A stretch of DNA of 64,000 nt from an uncultured Nitrososphaerota archaeon (GCA_963703285.1 OY969807.1:1888001-1952000); one strand, 5' to 3'. Shown: positions 1 to 11,026, counted from the stretch's first letter. The notes: generated from the letters alone by a model not told the origin. Numbers and translations: made by a program.

Positions 1-9
1 AGATTTACG

Positions 10-180
10 ATGCCCGGAAAGAAGCACGTCAGGGGTGTTGGCGCAAAGGAGCAGCGAGAGTACGAGCATATCAAGGAGAGCGCGGAGAAATCGGGGCGCT
101 ACGGCGACCGAGCGGCCGAGGTGGCGGCGCGCACAGTGCTCAACCAGCACAGAGAAAAGGGGCACAGGAAGGGGCAGTAG
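10..180 (+). CDS. Small basic protein, 56 aa (ChaB-like/'plasmid stabilization' type hypothetical family)
   Basis: Hand-translated, below ORF-track cutoff: MPGKKHVRGVGAKEQREYEHIKESAEKSGRYGDRAAEVAARTVLNQHREKG; REYEHIKES...AARTV motif resembles a conserved small-protein family. Confidence 0.65.
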   Translation: MPGKKHVRGVGAKEQREYEHIKESAEKSGRYGDRAAEVAARTVLNQHREKGHRKGQ

Positions 181-372
181 AGCCTCTGGACGATCCCGGC
201 AAAGTCTACCGCGTCAGGCAAATTCTCGCCCTCTCTATCGACGCGGGACCTGAGGGCTGCCGTCCGGCGTGGCCAGAGTGACATCTGGAAGTCCATCGCC
301 GAGATTCGCACAATAACGAGGTCGAGGAGGACCTTCGTGAGGCTAATAAGTCGCCTCAGCAACCGAGTCCCC

Positions 373-927
373 ATGCCTGTGGGCAGGTTCCAAGTGATGG
401 CGTTGTTGCAGGCGGCCCGCGCTTACTCCCTGGGTCTCCCCCTCGAGTCAGCCTACTCATGGGGCCTGAACCGAGCCATCTTCTACGCGGCCGCGAAGCG
501 CGGCTTCAGGGGAGGGAGAGGAAGGACCACCGAGAGAGGCACCGGAGGACCACATCGCCCGCCCGTTGCGAACGAATCGCCGGCAGAGTTCCACCTCGGA
601 GACGACCTGGCGTTCAAGGACAGGAACAGCAGCGCTTCCAGGCCGATATTTGAAATCGGAGGGCAGCGCCAGACGACGGAGGGTTTCAAGCGACAGGTGG
701 AGGCGAGGTTCGAGGGCTCTACGTTCGAGGAAGCCTGGAAAGATGCCCTGGACTACGTGCAGCACTTCGACAAGAGAACCCTCGAGTCCCAGAGCGGCTT
801 TTACTCCGACGTCTACCGGCCGAAGAGGGACGAGTTCGCCAAGAAGTGGACCGAGCTGGGTGGCAAGTCGGGTCAGGCAGGCGGCACGAGGGGAAGGGCC
901 GCGAAACCGGAAAGAACGCGGGGTTAA
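373..927 (+). CDS. Conserved archaeal hypothetical protein
   Basis: ATG at 373; GRFQVMALLQAARAY...SWGLNRAIFYAAAKRGF motif resembles a TACK hypothetical family; host-like codon usage. Confidence 0.65.
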   Translation: MPVGRFQVMALLQAARAYSLGLPLESAYSWGLNRAIFYAAAKRGFRGGRGRTTERGTGGPHRPPVANESPAEFHLGDDLAFKDRNSSASRPIFEIGGQRQTTEGFKRQVEARFEGSTFEEAWKDALDYVQHFDKRTLESQSGFYSDVYRPKRDEFAKKWTELGGKSGQAGGTRGRAAKPERTRG

Positions 928-1050
928 GCTGCGAGACCGGTCCGGGCCCACCCCGCGACCGCCTCTGCGAGCTCCTCGCTCGGCGACCACCACTCCGATC
1001 CTCCGCCAGATGATGCTCCGGCAAAGGGCAGCCGGACGCTTGGGCCGACC

Positions 1051-1200
1051 TTACTTCGGGTGGCCGTACCTGTGTGGGTCCTTGTCGAAGGCGGTCTTGC
1101 AGGCCGACGAACAGAAGTAGAACGCCTTCCCCTCGTGCTCAGACTTCAGCTTCGCAGTCCTCTCGTCCACCATCATTCCGCACACAGGGTCTTTCATCAT
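1051..1200 (-). CDS. YHS/TRASH-domain copper metallochaperone (CopM-like), 49 aa
   Basis: Hand-translated: MMKDPVCGMMVDERTAKLKSEHEGKAFYFCSSACKTAFDKDPHRYGHPK; DPVCGM...YFCSxxC signature; divergent from the cop regulator. Confidence 0.9.
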   Translation of the reverse strand: MMKDPVCGMMVDERTAKLKSEHEGKAFYFCSSACKTAFDKDPHRYGHPK

Positions 1201-1246
1201 CGTTGTCTCAACGGGGTGTGGGTTTCCTTCCTATATCAAAACTCGC

Positions 1247-1263
1247 CTTTACGAATGTTAAGC
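1247..1263 (-). promoter_or_regulatory. Putative CopR/CopT operator upstream of the chaperone gene
   Basis: Minus strand reads GCTTAACATTCGTAAAG, 15/17 identical to the motif before copA; semi-palindromic; just upstream of an AT-rich TATA-like element. Confidence 0.6.
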
Positions 1264-1292
1264 TTTTATGGTAGGAGGAGTCCGAACCATTC

Positions 1293-1916
1293 GTGATCCC
1301 CGACGCTGTAGACACCAAGATACTCGAGGTTCTAATGTCTGACGGAAGGGCATCCTTCAGGCAGATCGCACAACGGACCTCCCTCACCACCCCGACAGTG
1401 TCCTCTCGATTAGCGAGGATGACGAAGGCCGGCCTCATCAAGAAGTTCGTGCCGATACTATCTGCGGACTCGGTCAATCGTGGCGTCATGGCCCTCGTGA
1501 CGCTGAGGGTGAGCTTAGCTTCAGCCCAGAAGATTGCGGACGGCCTCGCAGAACTGCGGGAGGTAGAAGCCGTCTACATGACGACGGGACAAAGCATCAC
1601 CCTGAAAGTTACTCTTGACTCCGCCCAAGAGGTTCAATCATTCCTGGCGAAGAACTTGCTCAATAGAAAGGGAGTAGAGGTGACGTCCAGCCAGATCATC
1701 ACAAGCACCGTCAAAGAGGAGCCTGCCTCGCTTCTTCCGGGGAATCTCGTAATGAACCTGAAGTGCGACCACTGTGGAGGGAAAGTGACGAGCGGCAGGC
1801 CGTACACCCTCGCGGCCGGCTCCTCTCACTACTACTTCTGCTGCAAGACCTGCAGGAAAGACTACCTTGAAGAGCACGGCAAGAGGCTTGCGAAGATGAG
1901 CGAATCCGACAAATGA
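1293..1916 (+). CDS. Lrp/AsnC-type copper-responsive regulator with C-terminal TRASH domain (CopR/CopT)
   Basis: N-terminal AsnC HTH (DTKILEVLMSDGRASFRQIA); C-terminal CDHCG...YYFCCKTC; adjacent to copA. Confidence 0.85.
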   Translation: MIPDAVDTKILEVLMSDGRASFRQIAQRTSLTTPTVSSRLARMTKAGLIKKFVPILSADSVNRGVMALVTLRVSLASAQKIADGLAELREVEAVYMTTGQSITLKVTLDSAQEVQSFLAKNLLNRKGVEVTSSQIITSTVKEEPASLLPGNLVMNLKCDHCGGKVTSGRPYTLAAGSSHYYFCCKTCRKDYLEEHGKRLAKMSESDK

Positions 1917-1919
1917 CAG

Positions 1920-1936
1920 GCTTGACGTTCGTAAAG
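1920..1936 (+). promoter_or_regulatory. Putative CopR/CopT operator upstream of copA
   Basis: GCTTGACGTTCGTAAAG followed by TTTAAG TATA-like box; matches the motif at 1247-1263. Confidence 0.6.
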
Positions 1937-1976
1937 ACGCTGATTTAAGAAAAGGGAAAGGTCGCCTGCATTCCGA

Positions 1977-4076
1977 ATGGCAACCGACCCTGTTTGTGGA
2001 ATGTACGTCGACGAAGCCACCGCCGAGCTGAAGGCGGAGGTCAGGGGCGTCACGTACTACTTCTGCAGCGAGTCGTGCATGCAAGAGTTCCTGACCCCAG
2101 AGAAGGAGCTCAGAGAGCTCAAGATTGAGGTCCTCGCTTCGGCTTTGCTCTCAATCCCGATACTGATCTTCACCTACGTCTCTCCTCTGACCGCGCGGCC
2201 TTCCGACTACGTCCTCTTCGCGCTCGACACACCCATCCAGTTCGTCGTCGGATGGAGATTCTACAGAGGGACCTACGACAGTCTCAAAAACCGGATGGGG
2301 AACATGGACGTGCTAATAGCGCTCGGCACGTCGGCGGCGTGGGCGTACTCGACGGTCGTCACCTTCGCCCCCGGCCTCTTCCCCTCCTCGGGGGTCTACT
2401 TCGACACGTCGGCGGTCATAATCACGCTGATACTGACGGGCCGGTATCTGGAGCACGTGACGAAGAGCAGGGCCTCCGCGGCGGTGAGGGAGCTCGTCGA
2501 CCTTCAGCCAACAGTCGCTCACAGGATAGATGAGAAGGGCACGGAGGTCGACGTCCCCATCGAGCGTGTAGAGGTCGGAGACGTCCTCGTCGTCAGGCCG
2601 GGGGAGAAGATACCAGTGGACTCGATTGTCCTAGAGGGCAGGTCGGCCGTCGACGAATCGATGATCACCGGAGAGAGCATCCCGGCGGAGAAGTCGCCGG
2701 GTGACGAGGTGATAGGCGCGACTATCAACAAGTCCGGACTCCTCAAGCTCAAAGCGGACAAGGTGGGCCAGGACACGGCCCTCTCCCAGATAGTCAAGCT
2801 CGTCGAGGAGGCGCAGGCTGGAAAAGCGCCCATACAGAGGCTCGCAGACAGGATCGCGTCCTACTTCGTTCCGATCGTCATCACTGCGGCTGCCGTCGCC
2901 AGCCTGTCCTGGTACTCCTTCGGGCACATAGGGTTCGGGTTCTCCGTGCTCGTCTTCGTCTCGGTCGTGGTGATATCGTGCCCCTGCGCATTGGGCATCG
3001 CCACACCAGCGGCGCTCCTCGTCGGCACTAGCAAGGGAGCTCAGAGCGGGGTGCTGATCAAGGGAGGCGAGTACCTCGAGCTTGCCAGCAAAGTGGACAC
3101 AGTGGTGTTCGACAAAACGGGGACTCTCACCTCCGGAAGACCCTCGGTCACAGACATCGTCCCAATGGACGGCCTCAGTTCCGAGCAGCTTCTGCATCTT
3201 GCGGCGTCTGTCGAGAGAGGTTCCGAGCATCCGTTGGGCGAGGCCATAGTCAACGAGGCGAAGAGTCGCTCCATCCGTCTTTCCGACCCGCAGGAGTTTG
3301 AGGCGATACCGGGAGAGGGCGTCAGTGCCACGGTCGACGGCGGGGCTGTCCTGCTCGGAAACAGGCGACTCATGGCAGAGAGCGGCGACGACCTGTCCGT
3401 AGCGGAGGCTGAGATCGGCAAGCTGGAAGACGAAGGCAAGACTGCGATGATTGTCTCCCTCGACGGGAAGGTCGCAGGAGTGATTGCCGTCGCGGATACC
3501 GTGAAGCCCTCTGCCAAGGCGACCGTCGAGGCCCTGAAGGGGATGGGAGTTCAGGTGGTCATGCTGACCGGAGACAACGCTCGAACCGCTCGAACCATCG
3601 CACGGAAGATCGGCATCGACAAGTTCCTAGCCGAAGTCGTTCCGCAGCAGAAAGAGGAGAAGATAGAGGCTCTGCAAAAGGAGGGAAGAGTCGTCGCCAT
3701 GGTTGGGGACGGAATCAACGACGCACCGGCGCTGGCCAAGGCAGACGTCGGCATAGCCATTGGAAGCGGAACCGACATTGCGAAGGAGACGGGCGGGATT
3801 GTGCTGATAAGGGACGACCTCCGGAACGTTGCGACGGCTCTCAAGCTCAGCCGGAAGACTCTCGCGAAGATCAAGCAGAACCTGTTCTGGGCGTTCGCCT
3901 ACAACGTGGTCCTGATCCCCGTGGCCGCAGGAGCACTCGTACCGGCCTTCGGTGCCCATGTCTACACCGTCCTCCCCTTCCTGGCGGCTGGCGCGATGGC
4001 CATCAGCTCGGTCACGGTCCTCAGCAACTCGCTGCTCCTCTTCAGGTTCAGGACCGACTACGGTGAGAAAGCTTGA
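1977..4076 (+). CDS. copA: Copper-exporting P1B-type ATPase with N-terminal YHS/TRASH domain
   Basis: [26 protein letters not shown] and MAISS motifs; N-terminal DPVCGM...YFCS. Confidence 0.95.
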   Translation: MATDPVCGMYVDEATAELKAEVRGVTYYFCSESCMQEFLTPEKELRELKIEVLASALLSIPILIFTYVSPLTARPSDYVLFALDTPIQFVVGWRFYRGTYDSLKNRMGNMDVLIALGTSAAWAYSTVVTFAPGLFPSSGVYFDTSAVIITLILTGRYLEHVTKSRASAAVRELVDLQPTVAHRIDEKGTEVDVPIERVEVGDVLVVRPGEKIPVDSIVLEGRSAVDESMITGESIPAEKSPGDEVIGATINKSGLLKLKADKVGQDTALSQIVKLVEEAQAGKAPIQRLADRIASYFVPIVITAAAVASLSWYSFGHIGFGFSVLVFVSVVVISCPCALGIATPAALLVGTSKGAQSGVLIKGGEYLELASKVDTVVFDKTGTLTSGRPSVTDIVPMDGLSSEQLLHLAASVERGSEHPLGEAIVNEAKSRSIRLSDPQEFEAIPGEGVSATVDGGAVLLGNRRLMAESGDDLSVAEAEIGKLEDEGKTAMIVSLDGKVAGVIAVADTVKPSAKATVEALKGMGVQVVMLTGDNARTARTIARKIGIDKFLAEVVPQQKEEKIEALQKEGRVVAMVGDGINDAPALAKADVGIAIGSGTDIAKETGGIVLIRDDLRNVATALKLSRKTLAKIKQNLFWAFAYNVVLIPVAAGALVPAFGAHVYTVLPFLAAGAMAISSVTVLSNSLLLFRFRTDYGEKA

Positions 4077-4339
4077 GTGAGAAGAAAGAGAAAGGGAGAA
4101 GAGCGGTATTCTCGGTGAGAAACATGGATTGCGCGACCTGCGGCCTCGCCTTAGAGAAGAGGCTGAGAAAGATGGAGGGCATCGAAGGGGTAGGAAGCGC
4201 CATCATGCTGAACAAGGTCTTCGTCGACTACGACGAGACCAAGATCGGCGTCCCACAGATAATGAGAGCGATCAAGGACGCCGGATACTCGAACTTCGTG
4301 ACGGCGTCGGAGACGCGAGAATCACCGCGACACCCATGA
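4073..4339 (+). CDS. HMA-domain metal chaperone (CopZ-like)
   Basis: MDCATC metal-binding motif; overlaps the copA stop codon. Confidence 0.8.
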   Translation: MSEKKEKGRRAVFSVRNMDCATCGLALEKRLRKMEGIEGVGSAIMLNKVFVDYDETKIGVPQIMRAIKDAGYSNFVTASETRESPRHP

Positions 4340-4342
4340 CGG

Positions 4343-6058
4343 TTAGGCCTTCGAGCCTGCCGCATTCGCCTCCGGAGCCGGAATCGGTTGCACTTGCACC
4401 TTCTCTCGATACATGTACATCTTGCCCCTCAGAAGCGACGCCACGGCCGCGGCAATGGAGAGCGCTGCCCCGATGTAGAATGCCAGGTCCAAGGCCGAGA
4501 TGAACGCAGGAGCTATCGCGTTCGGGAAGAAGATCTTGCCCTCTAGGGTTGTCACCACCGTCTGGGGAATCTGGGCGACCACTGAAGACAGCTGCGGCAT
4601 GGAAAGTATCTGCTGCATCGGGTTGTAACCCAGAAAGGCCGAGAAGAGCGCGCTCGTCGGCGAGATTGATGTGAACGCACCTGCGAGCTGCGGGACTCCG
4701 GCGTTGGTCATCGCCGTCGAAAGTGCGTTCGGCAGACTGCTGGACAGCCCGGTGATTATCACGGTGAAGAAGATCGCTAGGCTCACCGTCTGCCCCGTGT
4801 TCTGGAGCGTCGCCCGCATCCCGGAGGCTGCCCCCCTGTCCTGCGGGGGGACCGAGTTCATGATCGAGGCTGTGTTTGGAGCCGCGAACATCCCTCCTCC
4901 GAGCCCCATGATGAAGATGATTGCCGCAAACGTCGGGTAGCTGAAGTTGTAAGGAAGGAAAGAAAGGGCGAGAAAGGTGCTAGCGGTGACAATGCATCCG
5001 AGGGTCGCGAACGTCCTGGCCCCGTACTTGTCAGAGAGGAATCCGCTCAGCGGACCCATCACTACGAACCCGAGAATCATCGGGATCATGTAGACCCCAG
5101 CCCAGAAGGGCGTGGACTGGTAGCTGACTCCGTGCAGGGGGAGCCATATCCCTTGGAGGAGGATGATGAGCATTATCTGCACCCCGCCTCTCCCCATCGA
5201 CGCTAGAAATCCGGCGATGTTCGCGGCGGTGAACATCCGGTTCCCGAAAAGCTCCATACGAAACATCGGGTCAGGCACCCTGCGCTCTATGAAAGGGAAG
5301 ACCACGAGCAGAGCGAACCCTGAAGCCAGCGAGGCTATGACCCATGGATCACCCCATCCCATCGAGGAACTCCCGAACGGAATCAGGGCGTAGGTGACAC
5401 CTACGAGCAACAGGGTCAGCCCTCCCCCGAAGGCGGCATTCCCCAAGATGTCGATTCTCTGATTCAATCTTCGTGTGGCGACTTCCTTGAGCTTCGTGTA
5501 CGACCAGACGGTGCCCACCGCTCCCACGGGCACGCTCACCAGGAAGATGTAGCGCCAGTCGTAGAGCGCTAGAATCCCGCCCAGCACCAGGCCGATGACG
5601 GAGCCGGCGATGACGGCGGTTATGTTTATCCCGAGCGCCCTTCCCCTCTCGTTCTCGGGAAAAGCGTCGGTCAGAATCGCAGCGCTGTTGGCGAACAGGA
5701 AAGCGCCTCCGACTCCCTGAATGATCCTGAACGCGATGAGCTCCGTCGCCCCAAGATCACCGGTGCTGGGCGTAATGGCGCAGAGAAGCGAACCTGCGGT
5801 GAAGATTACGAAGCCCAGGTTGAACAGCCTGACCCTGCCAAATATGTCCGAGATGCGGCCGAAGGACACGAGAAGGACAGATGTCACCAGGCTGTAACCG
5901 AAGAGGATCCACAGGAGGTACTGGAAAGAAGTGAGGGGGTCAATCGAGAGTCCCCGGAATATCGCGGGGAGGGAGATCAGGACGATGGTTCCGTCGATGC
6001 CTGCCATCAGCGTCCCGATCGTTGTGTTGGAGAGCGCGACCCACTTGTACTCGACCGT
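4343..6058 (-). CDS. MFS drug:H+ antiporter (DHA2-like, ~14 TM); probable ACG start
   Basis: GRISDIFGR motif A; frame extends upstream to ACG-GTC-GAG-TAC-AAG-TGG ([13 protein letters not shown]) directly after an in-frame TGA, with GGTGA 7 nt upstream. Confidence 0.9.
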   Translation of the reverse strand, partial: TVEYKWVALSNTTIGTLMAGIDGTIVLISLPAIFRGLSIDPLTSFQYLLWILFGYSLVTSVLLVSFGRISDIFGRVRLFNLGFVIFTAGSLLCAITPSTGDLGATELIAFRIIQGVGGAFLFANSAAILTDAFPENERGRALGINITAVIAGSVIGLVLGGILALYDWRYIFLVSVPVGAVGTVWSYTKLKEVATRRLNQRIDILGNAAFGGGLTLLLVGVTYALIPFGSSSMGWGDPWVIASLASGFALLVVFPFIERRVPDPMFRMELFGNRMFTAANIAGFLASMGRGGVQIMLIILLQGIWLPLHGVSYQSTPFWAGVYMIPMILGFVVMGPLSGFLSDKYGARTFATLGCIVTASTFLALSFLPYNFSYPTFAAIIFIMGLGGGMFAAPNTASIMNSVPPQDRGAASGMRATLQNTGQTVSLAIFFTVIITGLSSSLPNALSTAMTNAGVPQLAGAFTSISPTSALFSAFLGYNPMQQILSMPQLSSVVAQIPQTVVTTLEGKIFFPNAIAPAFISALDLAFYIGAALSIAAAVASLLRGKMYMYREKVQVQPIPAPEANAAGSKA

Positions 6059-6246
6059 TCAGGCTTCACCCTTGCCCGTTGTAACGGGCCCAGTAGCCCG
6101 AGCATCCGTCAGCCGACCAATCAAACTGTGAGGGCGTCTAGGACTGCTCACAAAAAGGTATCTGTCGGCCCTCGGGTCGCGGTCCGTCTGTATCCTGCGG
6201 CTCTTCGTGAATTAGGTCGACCCTGCACGGAGGATCTGCCCGGCAG

Positions 6247-7323
6247 CTACCCGAGCACTTCCTTGAAGACGCGCAGGAAGTTCCCACCAAGGATTTTTCC
6301 CACCTCGCCTTCCGAGTACCCCTTCTCGATCAGGGCGCACGTCAGGTTAGGGACCTTGGTCACGTCCTCCAGACCTGCGACCTTCAGGTCCTCCACCTTC
6401 CTGCCCCATCCGTCGGCCTGGCTCTCGCCGAGCCAAGCCATCCGCGCGGGCGTGCAGTAGTCCATGAAGTCGAATCCCAACCCCACGTGGTCGATCCCAA
6501 CGAGTCCGATCACGTGCTCCACGTGGCGCACACAGTCATCCACGGTAGCCTGCTTCTCGGTCAGGAAGTAGCTCAACCCCGCGATGCCCACGACGCCCCC
6601 CCTGTCGGCTACGGCCTGGATCTGCCTGTCCGTCACATTCCTCCAAGGGACGTCGGCCGATCTGAAGGGAGAGAGGTCCCTGCATCCGGTGTGCGAGACG
6701 ATGGGGACGTTCTTCGCGATCTCGATTGCCTCGAAGAAGCAGCGCTCGGAAATGTGAGCCAGGTCGAGCATGACGTGCAGCCTTTCCATCTCGTCGATGA
6801 CACGTCTACCGAGATTGGTTAGGCCGCCGCTATCGCGTATCCCGGCTCCGTCTGCAAGCTGGTTCCTCACGTTGTGGGTCAGCGAAATCGATCTGACGCC
6901 AAGGCGGTGCAGACTCCTCAGGACCGCAAGGCTGCCTTCGAGCGGCTTTGCTCCCTCCAGGGCCAGAAGCATGGAGAACTTCCCCTCGGCCCTGGCCTTC
7001 TCCATCTCAGAGCCGCTGAGGGCGACGGTCATCCGCCCCTCCGTCTCGCCGGCCTCCTGGAAAGTATCATCCACGATTTCGATGGTCTGTCTCGCAGCCC
7101 CCTCGAAGTATGTCTCCCACCTCGCCCAGTCCCCACCGACTGTGGAGACCGCGCCGTGCACCCCGCCTTGTCGGAGGCGAGGCAGGTGAATCCTCTGCAT
7201 GACCATCCCCTCGCCGTCTGCCCTCCTCGGGTAGACGTCCGCCATGGGGATGTCGGAGTGCGCGTCGAGCACGAAGCTCTTGGAGTGAATCTTCCTTGCT
7301 GCATCGTACGTAGAGGGAATCAT
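6247..7323 (-). CDS. Membrane dipeptidase (peptidase M19, amidohydrolase fold)
   Basis: DAHSD, LEGA, DLAH, SHT, GLGFDF, ILGGNFLRV motifs. Confidence 0.9.
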   Translation of the reverse strand: MIPSTYDAARKIHSKSFVLDAHSDIPMADVYPRRADGEGMVMQRIHLPRLRQGGVHGAVSTVGGDWARWETYFEGAARQTIEIVDDTFQEAGETEGRMTVALSGSEMEKARAEGKFSMLLALEGAKPLEGSLAVLRSLHRLGVRSISLTHNVRNQLADGAGIRDSGGLTNLGRRVIDEMERLHVMLDLAHISERCFFEAIEIAKNVPIVSHTGCRDLSPFRSADVPWRNVTDRQIQAVADRGGVVGIAGLSYFLTEKQATVDDCVRHVEHVIGLVGIDHVGLGFDFMDYCTPARMAWLGESQADGWGRKVEDLKVAGLEDVTKVPNLTCALIEKGYSEGEVGKILGGNFLRVFKEVLG

Positions 7324-7476
7324 GGACGCAGTTCTTCACCGCGTCACTCGAGAAGTCTGCATCATATCCGTTTCCATCTCAGCAATGCGGGTTCAAGCTG
7401 AGCTACCGTCCCGTCGAGCAACTGACGCCGCCTATCGCGTCCTGATGGTCGCACAACTTGCTCGCATTGAACTCGG

Positions 7477-8880
7477 CTATCTCTCCGGCTTGATATTCTG
7501 GTTCATGTGAAAGAAGTTGGTGGGGTCGTACTTCGCCTTGAGAGCGGCGAGTCTTCTGTATTTCTCTTCGCCGTAGGCGGACTTCACCCTCTCCTCGCCT
7601 TCCTCGCCCAGGAAGTTCACGTAGGCCCCCGTGGTGAACCCTTTCATCTCCTCGAAGAAGTCTCTCGTCCACTCGATGTTCTTCTCGTCGTCCTTCGGGT
7701 CCGTCCACGCCGATACCATGTTCAGGACGAAGGAAGCGTCGCGATTGCCGAACGCCGTGGCGTCGTCTCCGAACCTCCGCATCGCTCCGCCCAGGTGATG
7801 GAGGTGGACTGCCGTCAGGGGTGAAGGCGCTCTCTCCACGTTTTCAAGGATCGTCTCTATCGCTTCATCGTCCAGACCTTTGAGGTACGCCGATTTCCAG
7901 TAGTTCTGGATGCCAGACGGCGCGCTTTCGTCGAAAAGCGACTGGAGGACGGCGTAGGGCATCGGGCCGATCAGGTCCGCAACCGGCTGACCGAACTTCT
8001 TCAGAGGCGCGAGCAATCGCTCTCCCTCTGCGACCGGACCCGAGTAGCATGCGACCACGGCTACGAGATGTGTGCCGACGACCTCCTGCGGGAGGAAGGG
8101 AAGCGGTGGGGCGGTCAGGAAGACGACCAGCGTCGTCAGTTCGTCCGGAATCGCCTTCACGAACTCCCTGTGGAACCTCAGGAGCGCCTCGGCATCCTTT
8201 GCCCGGTGCATCACGGGGCCTCCCACGATGATCGGTCCAACGGGGTGCAGCTGAAACTCGAAGCATGTCACAATGCCGAAGTTTCCTCCCCCACCCCTGA
8301 CTCCCCAGAATAGGTCCGGATTCTCGCTCACGCTCGCTGAGACGAGCCTGCCGTCCGCCGTGACGAGGTCCACCGAGATCAGGTTGTCCATCGCCAGCCC
8401 ATGCTTGCGGACCAGCCACCCTATCCCTCCCCCGAGTGTGAAGCCCGCCACCCCAGTCGAGGAGACCAGCCCGCCTGTCGTGGCCAGTCCGAAGGCCTGA
8501 GCCTCGAGGTCGAACTGCCGCCAGGTGGCGCCCGGCTCGACCCTGGCTGTGCGGCGAACGGGGTCGACCCTCACGCTCTTCATGGGCGAGAGGTCAATCA
8601 TCAATCCGCCCTCGCACACCGCATTTCCTGCGATGTTGTGTCCTCCTCCCCTGATCGAGACCGTCTTCAACCCTTGGTCGTGCGCAAACTTGACCGCCTT
8701 CATTACGTCGCTGGTTCCGGCGCACCTCACGATGACTGCGGGATGCCTGTCGATCATCCCGTTCCAGACCTTCCTCGTCTGGTCGTACATCTCATCCCCG
8801 GGTACGACAACCTCTCCCCTGACATCGGCCCTCAGCGCTTTCAGACTTTCAGACATCTCCCCCCTCTTCGATTCTGGCAT
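7477..8880 (-). CDS. FAD-binding oxidoreductase, berberine-bridge-enzyme-like
   Basis: IRGGGHN covalent-FAD motif, LFWGVRGGGGNFG, YVNF, KYDPTNFFHMNQNI. Confidence 0.9.
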   Translation of the reverse strand: MPESKRGEMSESLKALRADVRGEVVVPGDEMYDQTRKVWNGMIDRHPAVIVRCAGTSDVMKAVKFAHDQGLKTVSIRGGGHNIAGNAVCEGGLMIDLSPMKSVRVDPVRRTARVEPGATWRQFDLEAQAFGLATTGGLVSSTGVAGFTLGGGIGWLVRKHGLAMDNLISVDLVTADGRLVSASVSENPDLFWGVRGGGGNFGIVTCFEFQLHPVGPIIVGGPVMHRAKDAEALLRFHREFVKAIPDELTTLVVFLTAPPLPFLPQEVVGTHLVAVVACYSGPVAEGERLLAPLKKFGQPVADLIGPMPYAVLQSLFDESAPSGIQNYWKSAYLKGLDDEAIETILENVERAPSPLTAVHLHHLGGAMRRFGDDATAFGNRDASFVLNMVSAWTDPKDDEKNIEWTRDFFEEMKGFTTGAYVNFLGEEGEERVKSAYGEEKYRRLAALKAKYDPTNFFHMNQNIKPER

Positions 8881-8987
8881 GACTTCCAACCTGTGCTCTA
8901 GGGACTAGTTCCTCCGAGGTTTCTATTTAGGCGGGACGTTGACAACGTAATACTTATTCACACACGGGCGAATTCGGAAGGAGAAAC

Positions 8988-9539
8988 TTGCCAACAGAGA
9001 GCGGCGAAAGCAAGAAGACCGTGATCAGGAGCATACGTCTGAGCGCGGAGCACGATAAACTGCTGGAGGAAGAGGCAAGGAGGAAGGGCCTCAGCGTCAA
9101 TTCGCTGCTGGTTACGATGATTACCAAGTACGTCGAGTGGGACCGTTTCGCCGAGAAGTTCGGAATCGTCTCCCTCGGAAGACAGGGATTCAGGAGTTCC
9201 TTTGAGTTCCTCAGCGACGAAGCACTTGTGGCCCATGGGAAGGATGTTGGGGCCAGGAGCGCACCTGAGATCACCAGGTTCTGGTTCGGGAAGCTCAACC
9301 TCGAGACGTTCCTCTCCTTCATCGCCCTCCAATCGAAGTACAGCGGAATCTACCACTATGAAGTGGCGGCGCGGGGACGTTCATATTCGATAACCTTCCA
9401 TCACGAACTCGGCCCCCGCTACAACGTGGTCCTGGTGAACTACTTCGACCAGGCCATCAGGAACATCGTGGGGGTCGCCCCCAGGATCGAGAGAGGGGAG
9501 AACACCTTCGTTGTATCTTTTGAGGAACCGCGTCCATGA
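8988..9539 (+). CDS. Ribbon-helix-helix-like transcription regulator with C-terminal ligand-binding-like domain
   Basis: N-terminal TVIRSIRLSAEHDKLLEEEARRKGLSVNSLL fits beta-alpha-alpha RHH; directly upstream of the tail operon. Confidence 0.65.
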   Translation: MPTESGESKKTVIRSIRLSAEHDKLLEEEARRKGLSVNSLLVTMITKYVEWDRFAEKFGIVSLGRQGFRSSFEFLSDEALVAHGKDVGARSAPEITRFWFGKLNLETFLSFIALQSKYSGIYHYEVAARGRSYSITFHHELGPRYNVVLVNYFDQAIRNIVGVAPRIERGENTFVVSFEEPRP

Positions 9540-9634
9540 GCGTAGGCCGCCTCCATCCGCGCCCTCGCCGCGGCTTCGCTGGTGTCGGTGAGGGCTCGCG
9601 CCGCCCGACGGGGCCGTGAGCACCACGGCACACA

Positions 9635-9676
9635 ACATAACATAAGATTATATACAAAACGTGACAAAACGCCTGC
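9635..9676 (+). promoter_or_regulatory. Promoter of the contractile tail operon (probably leaderless)
   Basis: TTATATA at 9648-9654, 22 nt before ATG 9677; direct repeat ACAAAACG at 9654-9661 and 9664-9671; ACATA repeats upstream. Confidence 0.65.
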
Positions 9677-11026
9677 ATGGCAAGGGTCATCCCAGGCGTA
9701 GAGATCAAGGTCGTCAAGGAAATCGTCCCGCAGCAGCTGTATCCGTCGGGCGTTGTGGGCATGATTGGCACGGCGGACGACGGGCCCGTCAACAAGCCGA
9801 CGGGTGTGACGAGCTACAGGGAGCTCGTCTCGATATTCGGGAGCGAGGGTTCGCTCGTCCGAGACGCCAAGCTGGCCTTCCTCAACGGCGTCTTCCAGGT
9901 GTTCGCGACGAGAATCGAAGGGTCGGGCGGCGCCAAGGCGTCCACCACCCTTAAGGGTGCCAAGAACAGGAACACCTTGAGGATAAGCGTCAAGTCGGCG
10001 GGCGAGAGGGGCAACTCGACACAGGTCGTAGTGCTACAGGGACAGCAGGAGAACACGGTCAGGTTCGAGATAACCGACGGTAAGTCCCAGGAGACATTCG
10101 ACAACCTGTCGATGGAGCCCGGCAAGGAGTTCTTCTTGGTGGACTACCTCAACAATAACTCCAAACTTGTGATGGCGGAGAACCTCAACGCCAACCTCGA
10201 GTTCCCCGATAACAACCCCGTCGCGGTCGAGGCCACGCTCTCGGGCGGCATGTCAGCCCCGCCCACCAAGGATGACTACGACGCCGCCCTGCAGATGCTC
10301 GAGATGGAGGCGGAGGTCGACTCGGTCTACGCATGCGATTGCTGGGACCCGGCCGTCCACGCCCTCATTGACGCCCACTGCAAGAACATGAGCACCGACG
10401 CGAAGAACAGGATTGGCTTCGGCACGGTGGGACCCAACGAGAGCGTCGACGACATCATGAAGAGGACCGAGGTCCTGGCGAGCGACAGGTTCGTGGTCGT
10501 GGCGCCCTACGGAGTTGGTGGAGCGGTCGCAGGGCTGATCAGCAAGCTCAGCTACTGGGAGTCGCCCACCTTCAAGGCTCTCACGGGCATCGCGGACATC
10601 GAGAGGCGGTACACACCCTCAGAACAGATGAAGCTGCTCACGTCCGGTATCCTGCCGGTCGACGCCGTTAGGGGACGGGGCATCATCGTCGTCAAGGGAA
10701 TCACCACGAGCAGGGAGCAGATTAGCGTCATGAGGGTCGCCGACCACGCGGTGAGGGGCGTCAAGAACGTCTCGGAAAACTTCATCGGGACACTCAACAA
10801 CGAGCGGGGGAGGGTTGCCTTGAGGGAGGCGATGACCGGCTTCCTGCTCGGCATGTCCAAGGAGGGCTCCCTGGTTCCGTCCGTCGACAACACGAGCCCG
10901 CCGTTCCTCGTTGACGTCTACTCATCCCAACTCGACTTCGCCCAGGGCATAGTGAGGGCAGACGTCGCGGTGAGGCCGGTGCGAGCCATGGACTACATCT
11001 ACGCTACACTGACGGTCGAGGCATAG
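9677..11026 (+). CDS. Contractile tail sheath protein
   Basis: N-terminal PGVEIKVV...GVVGMIGTADDGPVNKP...FG; C-terminal RVADHAVRGVKNVSENFIG.LNN...VAVRPVRAMDYIYATL typical of sheath proteins. Confidence 0.93.
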   Translation: MARVIPGVEIKVVKEIVPQQLYPSGVVGMIGTADDGPVNKPTGVTSYRELVSIFGSEGSLVRDAKLAFLNGVFQVFATRIEGSGGAKASTTLKGAKNRNTLRISVKSAGERGNSTQVVVLQGQQENTVRFEITDGKSQETFDNLSMEPGKEFFLVDYLNNNSKLVMAENLNANLEFPDNNPVAVEATLSGGMSAPPTKDDYDAALQMLEMEAEVDSVYACDCWDPAVHALIDAHCKNMSTDAKNRIGFGTVGPNESVDDIMKRTEVLASDRFVVVAPYGVGGAVAGLISKLSYWESPTFKALTGIADIERRYTPSEQMKLLTSGILPVDAVRGRGIIVVKGITTSREQISVMRVADHAVRGVKNVSENFIGTLNNERGRVALREAMTGFLLGMSKEGSLVPSVDNTSPPFLVDVYSSQLDFAQGIVRADVAVRPVRAMDYIYATLTVEA

